A stretch of DNA of 64,000 nucleotides from Schmidtea nova. Its lineage: Eukaryota. A model generated the notes under the pieces. The model saw nothing but the letters and a program-made list of their open reading frames with translations, ran no database searches and had not been told where the DNA came from. The stretch covers positions 424,514,001 to 424,578,000 of the forward strand of contig CM097883.1 of assembly GCA_044892505.1 (NCBI GenBank), written 5' to 3'. The position numbers and the translations under genes are program-made. This document shows, piece by piece, positions 41,032-53,100 of this stretch; position 1 is the stretch's first letter; each line of letters opens with the position of its first letter.

Positions 41032-42093
41032 TTACACAATCGTCTCGTTTGGTTCGTAGAAACCTTCGTCCTGAGGCTCTACTTGGTTCGTGGGGAGTGG
41101 TATCCAAACAACCCTGCTCCTCCACATTTCGACTTCATCTCGATACATGTGAGATATCTGGATCTCCTCGTCTAGCAAATATTCTAGGTAATTTGCTTGT
41201 TCTGTTAATGTTTCTATTTGTTTCTCTAATTCGATTACTTTTGTCTTTTGTTCGTCTTCTTTTATCATTTTTGTTACGGCTGCCGTTATACTTGCTTCTT
41301 TGGGTATTACTGATACTGTTACTCGTTTCTGTTTCAATTCTTCGTTTTCTTTCATCAAATTCGTTAAATTTTCCTCGTAACTTTGTTTCTCTTCCTTTAA
41401 CCTTTCCCTGGTTCTTTTTAGCTCTATTTTCTTTTGAGTAATCACCCCTTGATAACCATTTATATCTCTCTTCATCTCTTCTTCTTTCTGATTCCATATT
41501 CCGGTGAGCATAGTTTTCAGTTGTTCTTGATTAGCTAGTTCTTCTCCCATTCTTTGAACTTGATAGGTTAGTCCTTTAATTTTCTTTGCTTGTTCCCGGA
41601 TAAATTGCTGTCTCTTTGTATTCCATCTTTTATTCAACACTTCTTGGTGTATTTTCTGTTCTAACTCGTCTTTTAATTCGTCGATCTCTTTATATAATTT
41701 CCAGTCATCGCTATAAGCTGTCCTTTCTATTATTTCTCTAGCTTTTTCGTAAGATTCTTTCGCTTCTTTCTTCCAATATCTTGCTTGTTCTGTAATCGAA
41801 TACATCTTGTGTTCAGCTTCCATCTGCTGTCTGTCTCTTTCCTCTCGTCGCTCTTTCATCATTCTCTGGTAATATTCCTTTTGTTGTTGTAGCATTTTGT
41901 ATACTTCTTCTATTTTTTCTCGACTTCTTTGACTTGATCTTTCCGCTTCTTTTAATAATTCGGCTTGTCTCTCTATCTCCTCTTGCTTTCCATAATATGC
42001 ATTGACCCATATTTCAATCTGTTCTAGATGATCGCTAATCGCTTCTGCTTGATGCATCGTAATTTCCTGTAAGCATACTTCGATATTTCCCAT
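41032..42093 (-). CDS. 353-aa cargo coiled-coil protein
   Basis: Long open frame, E/K/Q-rich heptads; strong polypyrimidine-AG acceptor immediately upstream of ATG. Confidence 0.75.
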   Translation of the reverse strand: MGNIEVCLQEITMHQAEAISDHLEQIEIWVNAYYGKQEEIERQAELLKEAERSSQRSREKIEEVYKMLQQQKEYYQRMMKERREERDRQQMEAEHKMYSITEQARYWKKEAKESYEKAREIIERTAYSDDWKLYKEIDELKDELEQKIHQEVLNKRWNTKRQQFIREQAKKIKGLTYQVQRMGEELANQEQLKTMLTGIWNQKEEEMKRDINGYQGVITQKKIELKRTRERLKEEKQSYEENLTNLMKENEELKQKRVTVSVIPKEASITAAVTKMIKEDEQKTKVIELEKQIETLTEQANYLEYLLDEEIQISHMYRDEVEMWRSRVVWIPLPTNQVEPQDEGFYEPNETIV

Positions 42094-42211
42094 TGCTATA
42101 ATTACAGAGAAAAAAAAAATTTTTAATCGGTTTATATATCAGTTATTTTTGTTTATATAATAATTTTTGGGTATTTAACTGTACATATTATTTACATGAT
42201 CACTTTTCTTG

Positions 42212-43594
42212 TTACGTCAACCATCCTTTTCTATCCGCTTTCTCATTCCTTTCCATTTCTATGTATAGGGTGTCTGCATATAATCGTTCCCATAAGCTTT
42301 CTTTCGTTATAAACATCGGTTCTCCCGCTGCTAATCCACATTCTGTGGTTGGTTTCTCGCTCGTACTCGCATGTTTCTCTGTCTCAAAGAATTTTTCCAC
42401 TGGTTTTGTTACACTTCTGATTCTTATAATGACTCCTACTTTCAAGGGCCATTCTACTAGGTCGTCGTATTCTCCTTTACATAGCGAGAAAAATATTGAC
42501 ACATGTGTTCCTCGTCCTCTTCCGTCTCCATTTGGGTATAGCTTCAATCTCACTTTAGCTCCGTTTCTCCATAAATAAAATGGTGGGCTTATTACTGCTG
42601 TTTTCGTCATATTTCTGGCCTCTGTTAATTTGTTTCTAAAATCTGTCACTTTCCACACATATGGTGCGATTGGTAACTTTTCCTCGGTATCTTGGGTGAG
42701 TTTGTTGTACTGGATTTTCATTCCTTTAGCCAGTTCTTCGATAGCTTTTATCTTTTCCTCCATCTTTTCTCGTGTTAGTTCGAATTGTTCTCTGGTTTCC
42801 AACAGTAGGTTTACCATTATCTTGTGTGACTCTATTTCTCTTTCTAATTTTTTGATTGTTTGTTCGGTTTCTTTTGTTGCTTCGTTTGTCATTTCCGCAT
42901 GCTTTAGCAATGCTTCCTCCAGATGTTGTTTCATGGTTTTTTGCGTTCTTTTCTCCATACATCCCTGTTTGTTATAAGGACATTCCCTTGGTTTCTCCGT
43001 GCACACTTTCCAATGTTCTTGTAATTTTACTTCTACCGTTATCTCGCATTCGTTTGAACATATTCCTATATATTGTCTACATACTTTCTCCTCTTTTACA
43101 TTCAGGTGTTCTTCTTCGATCTTTCTCCTCGTTTCTCGAGTTCCACAATATTCGCATAGACTTTCCTCTTCTTTACATTCATCTTTGTGCTGCTCTTTAT
43201 TCTTTATAGTTATTTTTTGTTGGCATTTGTTACATTCAGTTCTCTTCTCTTCGCAGTTCTCCAGATGGTTCTCGAGATCGCGTATTTGTCCTTGCCATAT
43301 ACATGGTTGATTTATACATTCGGTTTTCGTGTTCATGATTTCTCTCTGAGTTGCTCTATCTGGTCCGGTTTCTTCGAATTTTATTTGTCCTTCTTTGCAT
43401 TCTGGACATTCTGGTGGTCTTTTCATACTTAACTCGTGTATGCATTTGGTACATACTCTGCATCCGCATAGGGTTTGTCTTGGTTTCAATATTATGTTTT
43501 TACAATTTACACAAGTGAGTCTCTGACTCCATTTCCTGTTCTCGGCTCTCAAAATTTCGATTATCCGCTCTTCGGCTTTTCCTTCTGTATTCAT
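42212..43594 (-). CDS. TRAF: Intronless TRAF-family protein (RING - TRAF zinc fingers - coiled coil - MATH)
   Basis: CVNC..PRQTLCGCRVCTKC...CPEC; CINQPCIWQG...HLENC; YVWKVTDF...ISPPFY...LKLYPNGDGRGRGTHVSIFF...GEYDDLVEWP. Confidence 0.92.
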   Translation of the reverse strand: MNTEGKAEERIIEILRAENRKWSQRLTCVNCKNIILKPRQTLCGCRVCTKCIHELSMKRPPECPECKEGQIKFEETGPDRATQREIMNTKTECINQPCIWQGQIRDLENHLENCEEKRTECNKCQQKITIKNKEQHKDECKEEESLCEYCGTRETRRKIEEEHLNVKEEKVCRQYIGICSNECEITVEVKLQEHWKVCTEKPRECPYNKQGCMEKRTQKTMKQHLEEALLKHAEMTNEATKETEQTIKKLEREIESHKIMVNLLLETREQFELTREKMEEKIKAIEELAKGMKIQYNKLTQDTEEKLPIAPYVWKVTDFRNKLTEARNMTKTAVISPPFYLWRNGAKVRLKLYPNGDGRGRGTHVSIFFSLCKGEYDDLVEWPLKVGVIIRIRSVTKPVEKFFETEKHASTSEKPTTECGLAAGEPMFITKESLWERLYADTLYIEMERNEKADRKGWLT

Positions 43595-43685
43595 TCTACA
43601 ATGATATATACACTTGATTTGTTATCTATTTTTTGATTTTTCTTGTTTTTGTTTTTACATATTTACAATTTTTCGCTTTATTTAT

Positions 43686-44042
43686 CTACGGCTCGTTTGT
43701 TGAATCTGGTTCTGGGTCATTTTCTGATCTGTTTATTGCCCAATTTGTCCATCCATCCTCTGCTTCTTCTGTCTCTCCCATTGTTAAACGGTCTATCTCT
43801 ATTGCTTGTCTCTGATTTATGTCGCTCATCACTTGATTCTCTCTGGTAAGTTGCGTTATCAATCTCTGTTGCTCCTCGATTCTGTGGAGTTGTTCAAAAC
43901 TATTATTATAACTTTCGGATAACAAATTCTGTTTCTCAATTAACTGATTTTGTAGTGAGTTGATTGTTCGTATTAACATGTCACACTGGGCTTTCCATCG
44001 CATAGCCATAGTAGTTTCTGCTATTTCTTCCTGTTCGTTCAT
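43686..44042 (-). CDS. 118-aa cargo coiled-coil protein
   Basis: Open frame between polyprotein stop and TRAF; Q/E-rich heptads. Confidence 0.6.
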   Translation of the reverse strand: MNEQEEIAETTMAMRWKAQCDMLIRTINSLQNQLIEKQNLLSESYNNSFEQLHRIEEQQRLITQLTRENQVMSDINQRQAIEIDRLTMGETEEAEDGWTNWAINRSENDPEPDSTNEP

Positions 44043-44167
44043 TTTCTAAATTATATACATTAATCGTTTTCTCGATTTCTCTTTTTATATTTTTATAATA
44101 TCGATACCCATACTATTACGATAATGCATTGTTATTTACACTATTATTTACAGTCATATCCCGCCTC

Positions 44168-47100
44168 CTATATCACCATCACTGTCTTTCCTTCGTATCG
44201 CTCTTCATCTTCTATTTGTCTCCAAAATTCTTTACCTTTCGTCCTCCTTTGGAATTCTTTCTGTACTTCTTCCGGTAATTCTATACTGTAGTTCATAATC
44301 TTTATATCTGGCCAATGTGTTATTGGTTTCTTGTTGAATACATCATATATCCATATTATTAATAATACTGTTATTACTGGAATAGTTGCTGCTAGTATTC
44401 CCAGACCAATTAGTTCTCTAACTTGTTTGTTTACGTCCATCTTCGTAATTTCACTCTGGTTAATCATTGGTCCGTATTGTCCCTTTAGTTTATTTAGTAG
44501 TTGTTCTCGTTCTTGTTGTTTTCTTTTAACTTCTTTAATTACTTCTTCCGGCGTCCATCTTGCGTAAGGGTCTATTACTACTTGTTCCGCGTCCATTTGT
44601 TTCGTTGTCTGACTTAATTCTTTAAATTCGAGTTTTCTCACTTTCCCTTTGGACGTTGAGTTTACCGGTGTGTAGTACGTTTCGCATCTTTCCTGCTGAT
44701 TTCCTAATATGTCCGTCTTTTCTACCGCACATATCTCGTATTCGCTATTGAATTTCAGATTTCTGATACTTATTTCCTCTTTTCCTTTCACGTTTCCACA
44801 GTCTCGTGGCTGTCTTTCCCTTTGTTTCTGAACTATTACCCAACATATTTCTAACGTTTTATTGTCTATTCTCCATAGTATAAGAGTTGCTGTAGTATTC
44901 TTTTCGGTTCTTATTTGTATTTCTTGGTTTTTCTGTTGTCCATTAGGTTTAAAGGTAGTGGTATACCTCGCTTTTCCTTTGTTCCGTTGTCTTCTACTTT
45001 TTCGCGTTGTCTTTCCAACTCTTGTTCTGGTGGGTGTTTTATATAATTTGCATTCCAATTCATTTACTGTTATTTTGTCGCTTTTCCTAATCAGGCATAT
45101 TTCGTACGTTTGATTGCTTTCTAATCCTTCTATTTTTATTGTGGTTGTTCCTCTGTTTGTTCGACATTGCGGCGGTGTATTCTGGTTTGTTTTCTTTTCC
45201 TGCTTCTTCCAGCATACGCCTTTGACGTCCGGTTCTATTCCGGTTAACTCTAACATTATAGTTGTTCTCCGTTTGGTGCGTTTATTTCTTCTTCCTCGTC
45301 GTATGAACTTTATTGTTTCCCCAGGTTGAAATGTTTTACAAATTGTCGTTCCTTTCTTGTGTCTTTCTTTTTCTAGTAAACATAGTTCATACGTCCTGTC
45401 TGCTTTTACTTCTGATATCTTGGTTACTTTATTTGTTTTCCTTTTCCGACTCGTCTTTATTTCGCTTACGCCAATTTCTTCGTTGCTTCTGGCCCAACAC
45501 TTTGGGTTGGTGTTTTGGGTGTCGTTCATCTCTGTTACTGCCATTGTGTCAATGTCTATCCCTTCTTCTAACCGTTTTAACATTGTTAATATGAGTGCTA
45601 AACATAGTAATTCTGTTTGGTAGGTCACTCTTTCGGTCTCGTTTGTGGTTACTCTTGCTTCGGGCCTGTCTATGGTAATTTGTATAGTTGGCGTTGTTCG
45701 TCTGTCTATTGTCTGAGGTTTCTTGTTTTTTGTTCCTTGTGTCTCTGTTCCTCTACACTTTCCTACGACATAGTCTCCTTTGGATGGCTGCTGTATTGTT
45801 ATGGTTACTTTGGGTGTTAGGTAACTTGCACATGCAATTGTCTTATGTGATCTCGGATCCTTTGGTTTCCGAACGGTGCACATTCTGTACCAAGTATCTA
45901 GCTCTAGGTCATCGATCTCTATGATTTCTTGTTCGTATTCTGAGATCTTGCAATCCATTGGACTATTTTGTCCCGATATTTTGTCCTTTTTTGACCAACA
46001 TACTCGTTCGATTCCTTTTGCGTTTCCAATTTGTATTGTCGCTCTTTCTTCACATATCATTCCTTGAGTTGGACTAATTAAGGTCATGATTACCGTTAGT
46101 AATAATAGTTCTGGTTTAAAGAATGGGTTTATTGTTTGTTTGTAGCCTGTTCTTTTTATTTCGTTTTTATTTTTATAGTTGTTGTTTCTTTGTTTCCCAA
46201 ATTCATTGTTCTTATCATTTTTCTCTGTGTCCCTTCCTTTCTCTTCACTGTCCTCTTTATCTGATAACTCATGATCCTCTGGATTTTCTCGAGTACTATC
46301 GTCGTCGTTTCCTGTATTGTCACCTCCCTTTTGGTCGTTGAAAATGTCGTCCTCGACATTAATGGCTTCTATCATTTTTTCATACGTTATGGTTGTGAGT
46401 ATACTTGCTTCGTATTCTTGTGTTTCTGCCTGCTTAGGTATTTCCTTATCGGTTAATTTACAATCTAGAATCTCTTTCTTGGCTTTTATCCAATTATTAA
46501 GGTACGTTTTCATTAGTTCTTTCCATTTGTCCGTACGTTCTGTTTCCTTTGGGTTGTTTGTGAATCGTAAATCTTTTCTTCTCATGAAGATATCTATTAT
46601 CTTTGGCCATTTGTTTATTATTAATGCACACTTTATATACAAATTTTGGCCTTGTTCCATGCACTCGTTGATCCTGAATGCTGGTTCATTGGTGTTTGGG
46701 TTCATCCAATTGAGTATTGCTTCAGTTAGTTCAGCGTTATGCATCATGGAATGTACGCTAGCTTTTTTAACTGTCCTTGTAAGGTATTCTATTTCCTCCT
46801 GATTTGTGATTGTTTTTATGAAATTTATCACCTCCCAATTGTGCGCTAACAACGCTACGTCTAGTATTGAGCTGTCTTTGTTAGTTCTTCCCATGAGTCC
46901 TGCACCTGCTTCGTACAGTTCCTGTAACACTCGGGTTTTTGTGTTCGCTCTTGCTGCGAATATCATGAGGGTATCTCCCTTTTTATCTTTCATGTTCATG
47001 TCACTTCCGCAATCTTGCATCAACCGTGCAATTTCGACTACCCTCCTATTTTTTCCTGCTCGTAAGGCTCTATGTATTGGCAATACTCCATTCTTTGTTA

Positions 47101-50100
47101 ATAAGAAAGTCACTGGCATTTCTCTTTTTATGATCATCATATCGTTTTCATTGTAAGTTCCTTCCGCATATGCGTGTACCTTTTCCACAATTGATCCGAG
47201 TATCTCCAGTGTATGTTTAGAATTTTCGAATTCTGGTAATAGTTCTTTTGCTTTGTCCTGTATCGCATCTAACCTTTCTTGATATGGTACCTCTGCGCTG
47301 AAAAGTGGTGTAACTTTCCTTTTGCTTTCTCTTTCCTTTTGACATAGGAATTGTTTGCATTTTTCGGGGTGGTTTAATATGTCTATTAGTTTGTCATACT
47401 CTTCCTCCACCGTTTTGTATTTATCTTGAAAATTGGATATATCTTTGTAAGTTATCGTCTTGGTTAGCGATTTTGCACACCATTCCCTAATTTTCCTGAA
47501 TAATGCTTCTTTTTCACTTTCGAATTTACACTCCTCTTTGTTTTTGGAAATTATGATATTTCTTCTGTCTAATAACGTTAACAGTGCTTTCTGGTCACAA
47601 ACGAATTTTAATAGGAATTGTAATAACGTGTTTTGCCCTTCACTGTATACCTCGTTTATATTTAACACCCATGTATCATTTTCGGATCTTTTCCATTTTA
47701 TTAGCTTGCGTATTGTTTTGCAGTTACCGATTTTTATTGCCTCCTTGATTATATCACCTTTGATCAGTTCGTCTATTTCCCAAGTGGCCTTCTCGATTAT
47801 TTGTTTGAGCATTATCTGATTTGAGCTCCATATTGCGTGATTCAAGACTGTTTTGTTTTCTCTATCGCGTTCCGTCCAGTTGAAATCGGCATTTATCAAA
47901 AGGTCTATTATTGCTTTATCCGATTTGTAGATGGCTGCTATCATTAATGGTGTTTCTTGTTCGCTATTCCCAAAACCAAGGTGTTGGTTTGTTTCCTTAG
48001 CGATTTTTAGAAATTCTTTTACTCTCTCTACTTCTCCCCATTTTATGGCGTTATGTAATGCTGGTTGTCCTCCTATGTCTTGTAGTGAAAGTATTTCTGG
48101 AATTTTCTCCAGTAGTTCTGAAATGACTGGTTTTGTTGGTAGTCCCCTTGCGTAATCACTAATTATCGACTGAATATCTCTTAATATATCGTCTCTGACA
48201 TGCCATTTTCCCATTATTTCTCTGGCTTTTAGTACCATTTCCTTGTTTCTTTTTTCTTGTTGATTGTTTTCTGCTTCGGTACTTTCATTGGTTGCTCTGA
48301 GCATATTCATTCTGGCTGTCTGGGATCTGGTTATTATTCGTTCTTCTGGCGCTGTGGTTATTGTTTTTGGTACTTTCTTACATCTGCATGTATTAACGTA
48401 TATTGGTCGTATCAATGGTCGATTAACAAGTTTTACCTTCACATTGTTTTCCTTTTTGTATATAACTTCGTAAGGGCCTTTTCCTGGTCGTTGTAGTTTT
48501 TTAACGGTTCCTGGTATTATTTCTGGGGTTTCTATCATTACCCAATCTCCGGGTTTAAGATCATTTGTTTTAACATTTTTCTTTTGATCGTGTAGGTCCT
48601 TGTAACTTTCTTGATAAAACTTTATGTTTAGTTCTGCTGTCTTCCATATCTCTTGCATTCGTTCTTTGAATTTGGTGACGTAATCATCTTCCTCCATATA
48701 TTGAGACAAGGGTGGTTGATATTCAAGATCTATTGGCATATTGCATTCCCTTCCATACATTAATTGAAATGGACTCAATTTTGTTGCTGCGTGTATCGAC
48801 ATTCGGTATGCCATTAGACATAGCTTTACGTATTCATCCCAATCTGTTTGGTGTTTGCTTACATAATTGGATAACATTCGAATCAATGTGCCGTTAAATC
48901 TTTCCGTTTGTCCATTGGTTTGCGGATGATATGGTGACGTTCGTAATTTAGCTATTCTGAAGTAATTTGTTACTTCATCTAGTATTTCGCTCATAAAATT
49001 TGTTCCTTGATCTGTTAGTATTTGTTTCGGGGTTCCGTATCGACAACATATTTCTTCTACTAAAATTCTTGCTACGGTCTTTGCTTTTTGATCCGGCATC
49101 GCAAATGCCTCAGGGAATTTAGTCAAATAATCCGTTATTACCAATATATATTGATTCCCGTTTAAACTTTCTGGCAATGGTCCTATTACATCCATCGCAA
49201 TGGTAGTCATTGGTTCCGCTGGTATTGGCATGGGTTTTAAGGGATTTTTCCATTTCTTCCCACTATCCTTTCTTGTGGCACATGTTAAACAGTTCTTTAT
49301 CCATTCCTTTACGTCTTCGTCCATTGTGGGCCAATAATATTTTTGTCTCATGCGATCTAATGTTTTCTTATCGGACATATGTCCTCCTAGCTTTCCGTCA
49401 TGGTATTGAGTTATTATCTCTTTTCGTCTATTACCTGGCAGACACATTAATCGTTTTTCTCCATTTTGTATTAATAACCATCCTTTTTCTATTGTGTATC
49501 GATGTTGGTATTTCCTCATGTGTTCTTTTAACTCCGCATTGTCTTTGAATACATCCATATTCCGTGAGCTTAGGAATTCTATGATGGGTCTTAGTTCTTT
49601 ATCCTCTTGCTGATCTTTCTTTAACTCGCTGAAATCCAAATCCTCTGCTATCACTATGCATATTCTTTGCACTTCTGGGTCTGTTAGTTCTGGAAACGTT
49701 AATCTTGACATGCAATCTGCGTTGGCATTCGCTTTCCCTGATTTGAATTTTATATCTGGTGAATATTCTTGTAATTGCATCGCCCATCTCATTAATCTGC
49801 TGGATGTTTCCTTATGTTGTCCTAGCCATACAAGTGGTTGATGATCCGTGGTTATGCATATAACGTGTCCCCATAATAGATATTTAAAGTGTTTTATTGC
49901 TAATATTATTGCCAATGCTTCTCTTTCCGTTACCGAATAATTCTTCTCGTGTTTCTTGAATGTTCTGCTATAATATCCGATTACCCGCTCTTTTCCCTCG
50001 TCATCATATTGTCCTAACACTGCTCCTGCTGCATATCCACTTGCGTCGGTTGCGAGTAAAAATGGCTTCTTGAAATCCGGGTGAACCAATATTGGTGCAG

Positions 50101-53100
50101 TTATTAACTTATCTCGTAATGTTTCGAAGGCTGTTTGTTGTTCGCTTCCCCATATGAACGATACGTCTTTCTTTACTAGCTCCTGGATTGGTTTTGCAAT
50201 TCCTGCGTAATCCTTTATGAATTTTCTATAGTAACCGCATAATCCGAGAAATTCTTGGATCTGCGTTATCGTCTTTGGTACTGGACATTCTTTTACTTTA
50301 TCAATGTTTCTGGGATCTGGTTCCTTTCCTTTTGCGGACACAATATGTCCTAAGAATGTCACTTTCTCCTTTGCCCAATCGCATTTCGATGGTTTGAGCT
50401 TGAGTTTCCATTGTCTCAATCTAACAAATACATCTCTGATATCTTGGATGTGTTGTTCAAATGTGCTTGAGTAGATCAGTAGGTCGTCAATGTAAACCAT
50501 GCATTGTTTTATGCCGTGGGTAACGAAATTCATACATCTTTGAAATGATGCTGGCGCATTGGTTAGTCCAAATGGCATTTTCCTAAACTGGTACAAGTCT
50601 CTTCCGATAGTGAAAGCAGTTTTCTCTTTGTCTTCCTCTTTCATTTTAATTTGCCAGTATCCGCTTTTCAAATCCAATGATGTAAAATATGCCGCTCCTT
50701 GTAATGTCAATAACATCTCGTTGATGTCCGGTAATGGGTATGTATCCCTTTTTGTAACTGCATTTAATCTCCGATAATCAATACAAAATCGTTGTGTTCC
50801 GTCTTTCTTTTTCACCATTACAACTGGGAACTGCCACGGTGAGCAGCTTGGTTCAATTACTTCTGCGTCTAGCATTTTCTGTACTTCTGCTTCTGCTACT
50901 GATTTTTGCGCTTCAGCTAACTTGTATGGTCTTAACGCAATAGGCGTTTCGTCTGTTAGTGGAATCGTATGTAGTGTGACGTCGCATGTCCCTAGATCTA
51001 AATCGGATGCTGCGAATATGTCTTTATATTCTATCAGTAATCTTTCTAGCTGTTTCTTTTGGTCCTCATTTAATAGTTGGCTATCAATGTTCCAAGTGGG
51101 TTCCTCCTCTTTTACTCCTTCTTTTATTGGTATTTCGATATCCATCATTGGAGTTAGTTTACCTAATCTTTCATTTTCATAAATTATTTTATCCTCTTCA
51201 TCGAAATTTACTACATTTATTGGGATTTCTCCGTTGTCATTCGCACTCACTAATCCCCTTGCCATTGGCAACGACTTTCTCTTTTCAAATCTTTTACTGG
51301 GTTCAAAGATCATGTCGCCTTCTATTGTAGGATCTATTTTTACGAAACATATTTTCTCTCTCCGTGCTGGTACGATTATTTGTTTCGAACTTGTTACTTT
51401 TGCTTCTATTGCGCATATCTGTCCTGTCCTATCCTTTAGTCTCATTGTTCCGAGATCAATAACTATTTCTTTAAATAATGCTGGCATCAGATCCGTGCCT
51501 ATAATGCATGGTACGCTCAGTGCTGGTATTACTGCTACGTACGTTTCGATTTCCGTGTTTTGATGTTTTATCTTTACCCACCATCTTCCGGCAACTTCTA
51601 CTACTTCTTTACTGCATGCTATTACGTGAACGTTGGTTCTCTCGATATCCCGTCTTTGTTCTTGTGGTATCCATTTTATATCTATTGCTGAGATATTTGC
51701 TCCTGTATCAATCATCGCTTCTATTTCCCTTCCGTTAATTTCGATTGTTGTAGTTAATACTGGACCGGTGTTTGATGACATTACTGCAATTGTATGTGAG
51801 TCTCCTTGCGGATCTACGCTTCTGCACCGTCTCGTTCTATAGTCTTCTGGTATCATAGGATATATGTTTGTCATCGGCATCATTTGCATTGTATTTTGTC
51901 TCATCCCTGGTGTTGGTTCTTGGTACATGGTTGGTGGGGGTGCGTAACATTTCCACATTTCCGCTGGATTCTTTTCGACATACTGTGGTACTTGATTTTT
52001 AAATACTTGACCTCCTTCGTTATCATCATCATCGTCGTCACTGGAATCGTCTTGGGTTCTGTACCCTTTCATTCTTTCCCATAGTCCTTTTCTCTCTTTC
52101 TTGAGTCGTTGTCTTGCTTGCTCGTTATTCATTATCTTTTTAAATTTTCGTCCCACCTCTTCATCGGTTCCTTTCATTTTTGCCAGTATTTTTAGGAGTC
52201 TCTTTATTCCGTGAATATCTTTTGAATGACCGTGTAATACCATTGTTTTAGCCAAAAATGGTAAGAATCCTACCACCAATTTCCAATTTACTTTCTTTTC
52301 TCTTTTATAGATGTCAAAACAGGCTAACATTTGAGTTATTATTACCCGTATTATTTGTATAATTAGTATAACACCAAGTATTCCTGCCATCATTTGTCCA
52401 AATATTAAAAATCTTCCCCACATCGCTTTCATCATGTTTTCCGTTGCCTTCTTAAAGTGGGCTGGTGACAATAATAATTCGTAATTTGGTCCACCTTGGT
52501 AATTTGTTCCTCCTGTTATTGTTACAATACTGGATAACACCGCTTCTCGTCTTGCCGGAAATAGTATGTTTTGTCTTGCTGCTTCTAAATCCTTTGCACT
52601 ATAGAATCCCATATTGCTTACATCTACGTCTTTAAATTTTCTTCCTTTTGATAGTTGCATCAATTCAAATTCCCTTGGTGCTGGTACCTCTGTTCTTGAC
52701 GGAAACATAACCCAATTCCCGTCTGGATTTTGGTATAGTGGTCCATATGCGTTGCTGCAATTGAAAGGGTTTGGTTCGAAACTTACTGGATTTATGATTC
52801 TTGTCACTGGTTGTACATATCTTACTTTCCCTTTATATTCGATTTCTAGTTCGTTAGTACACTGACCTGGTTGTAGTTTTGTCATTGTTGCCACCTTTGT
52901 GTTCGTCTTTTTACATATGTATACGTACATGACCTCTCCGACTACCCTTCCAAAATGACCTTCTCTTAATGGTAATAATGGCATTGCACTATCCGGGTTT
53001 GTGATTGCTACCGCTAGTTTTGTCTTTAATATTTCCCTATTTAATATGCAATCGTTGTTAATTAAATCGTAATACACTTTTTGTAGTGACGCTTGTCCTC

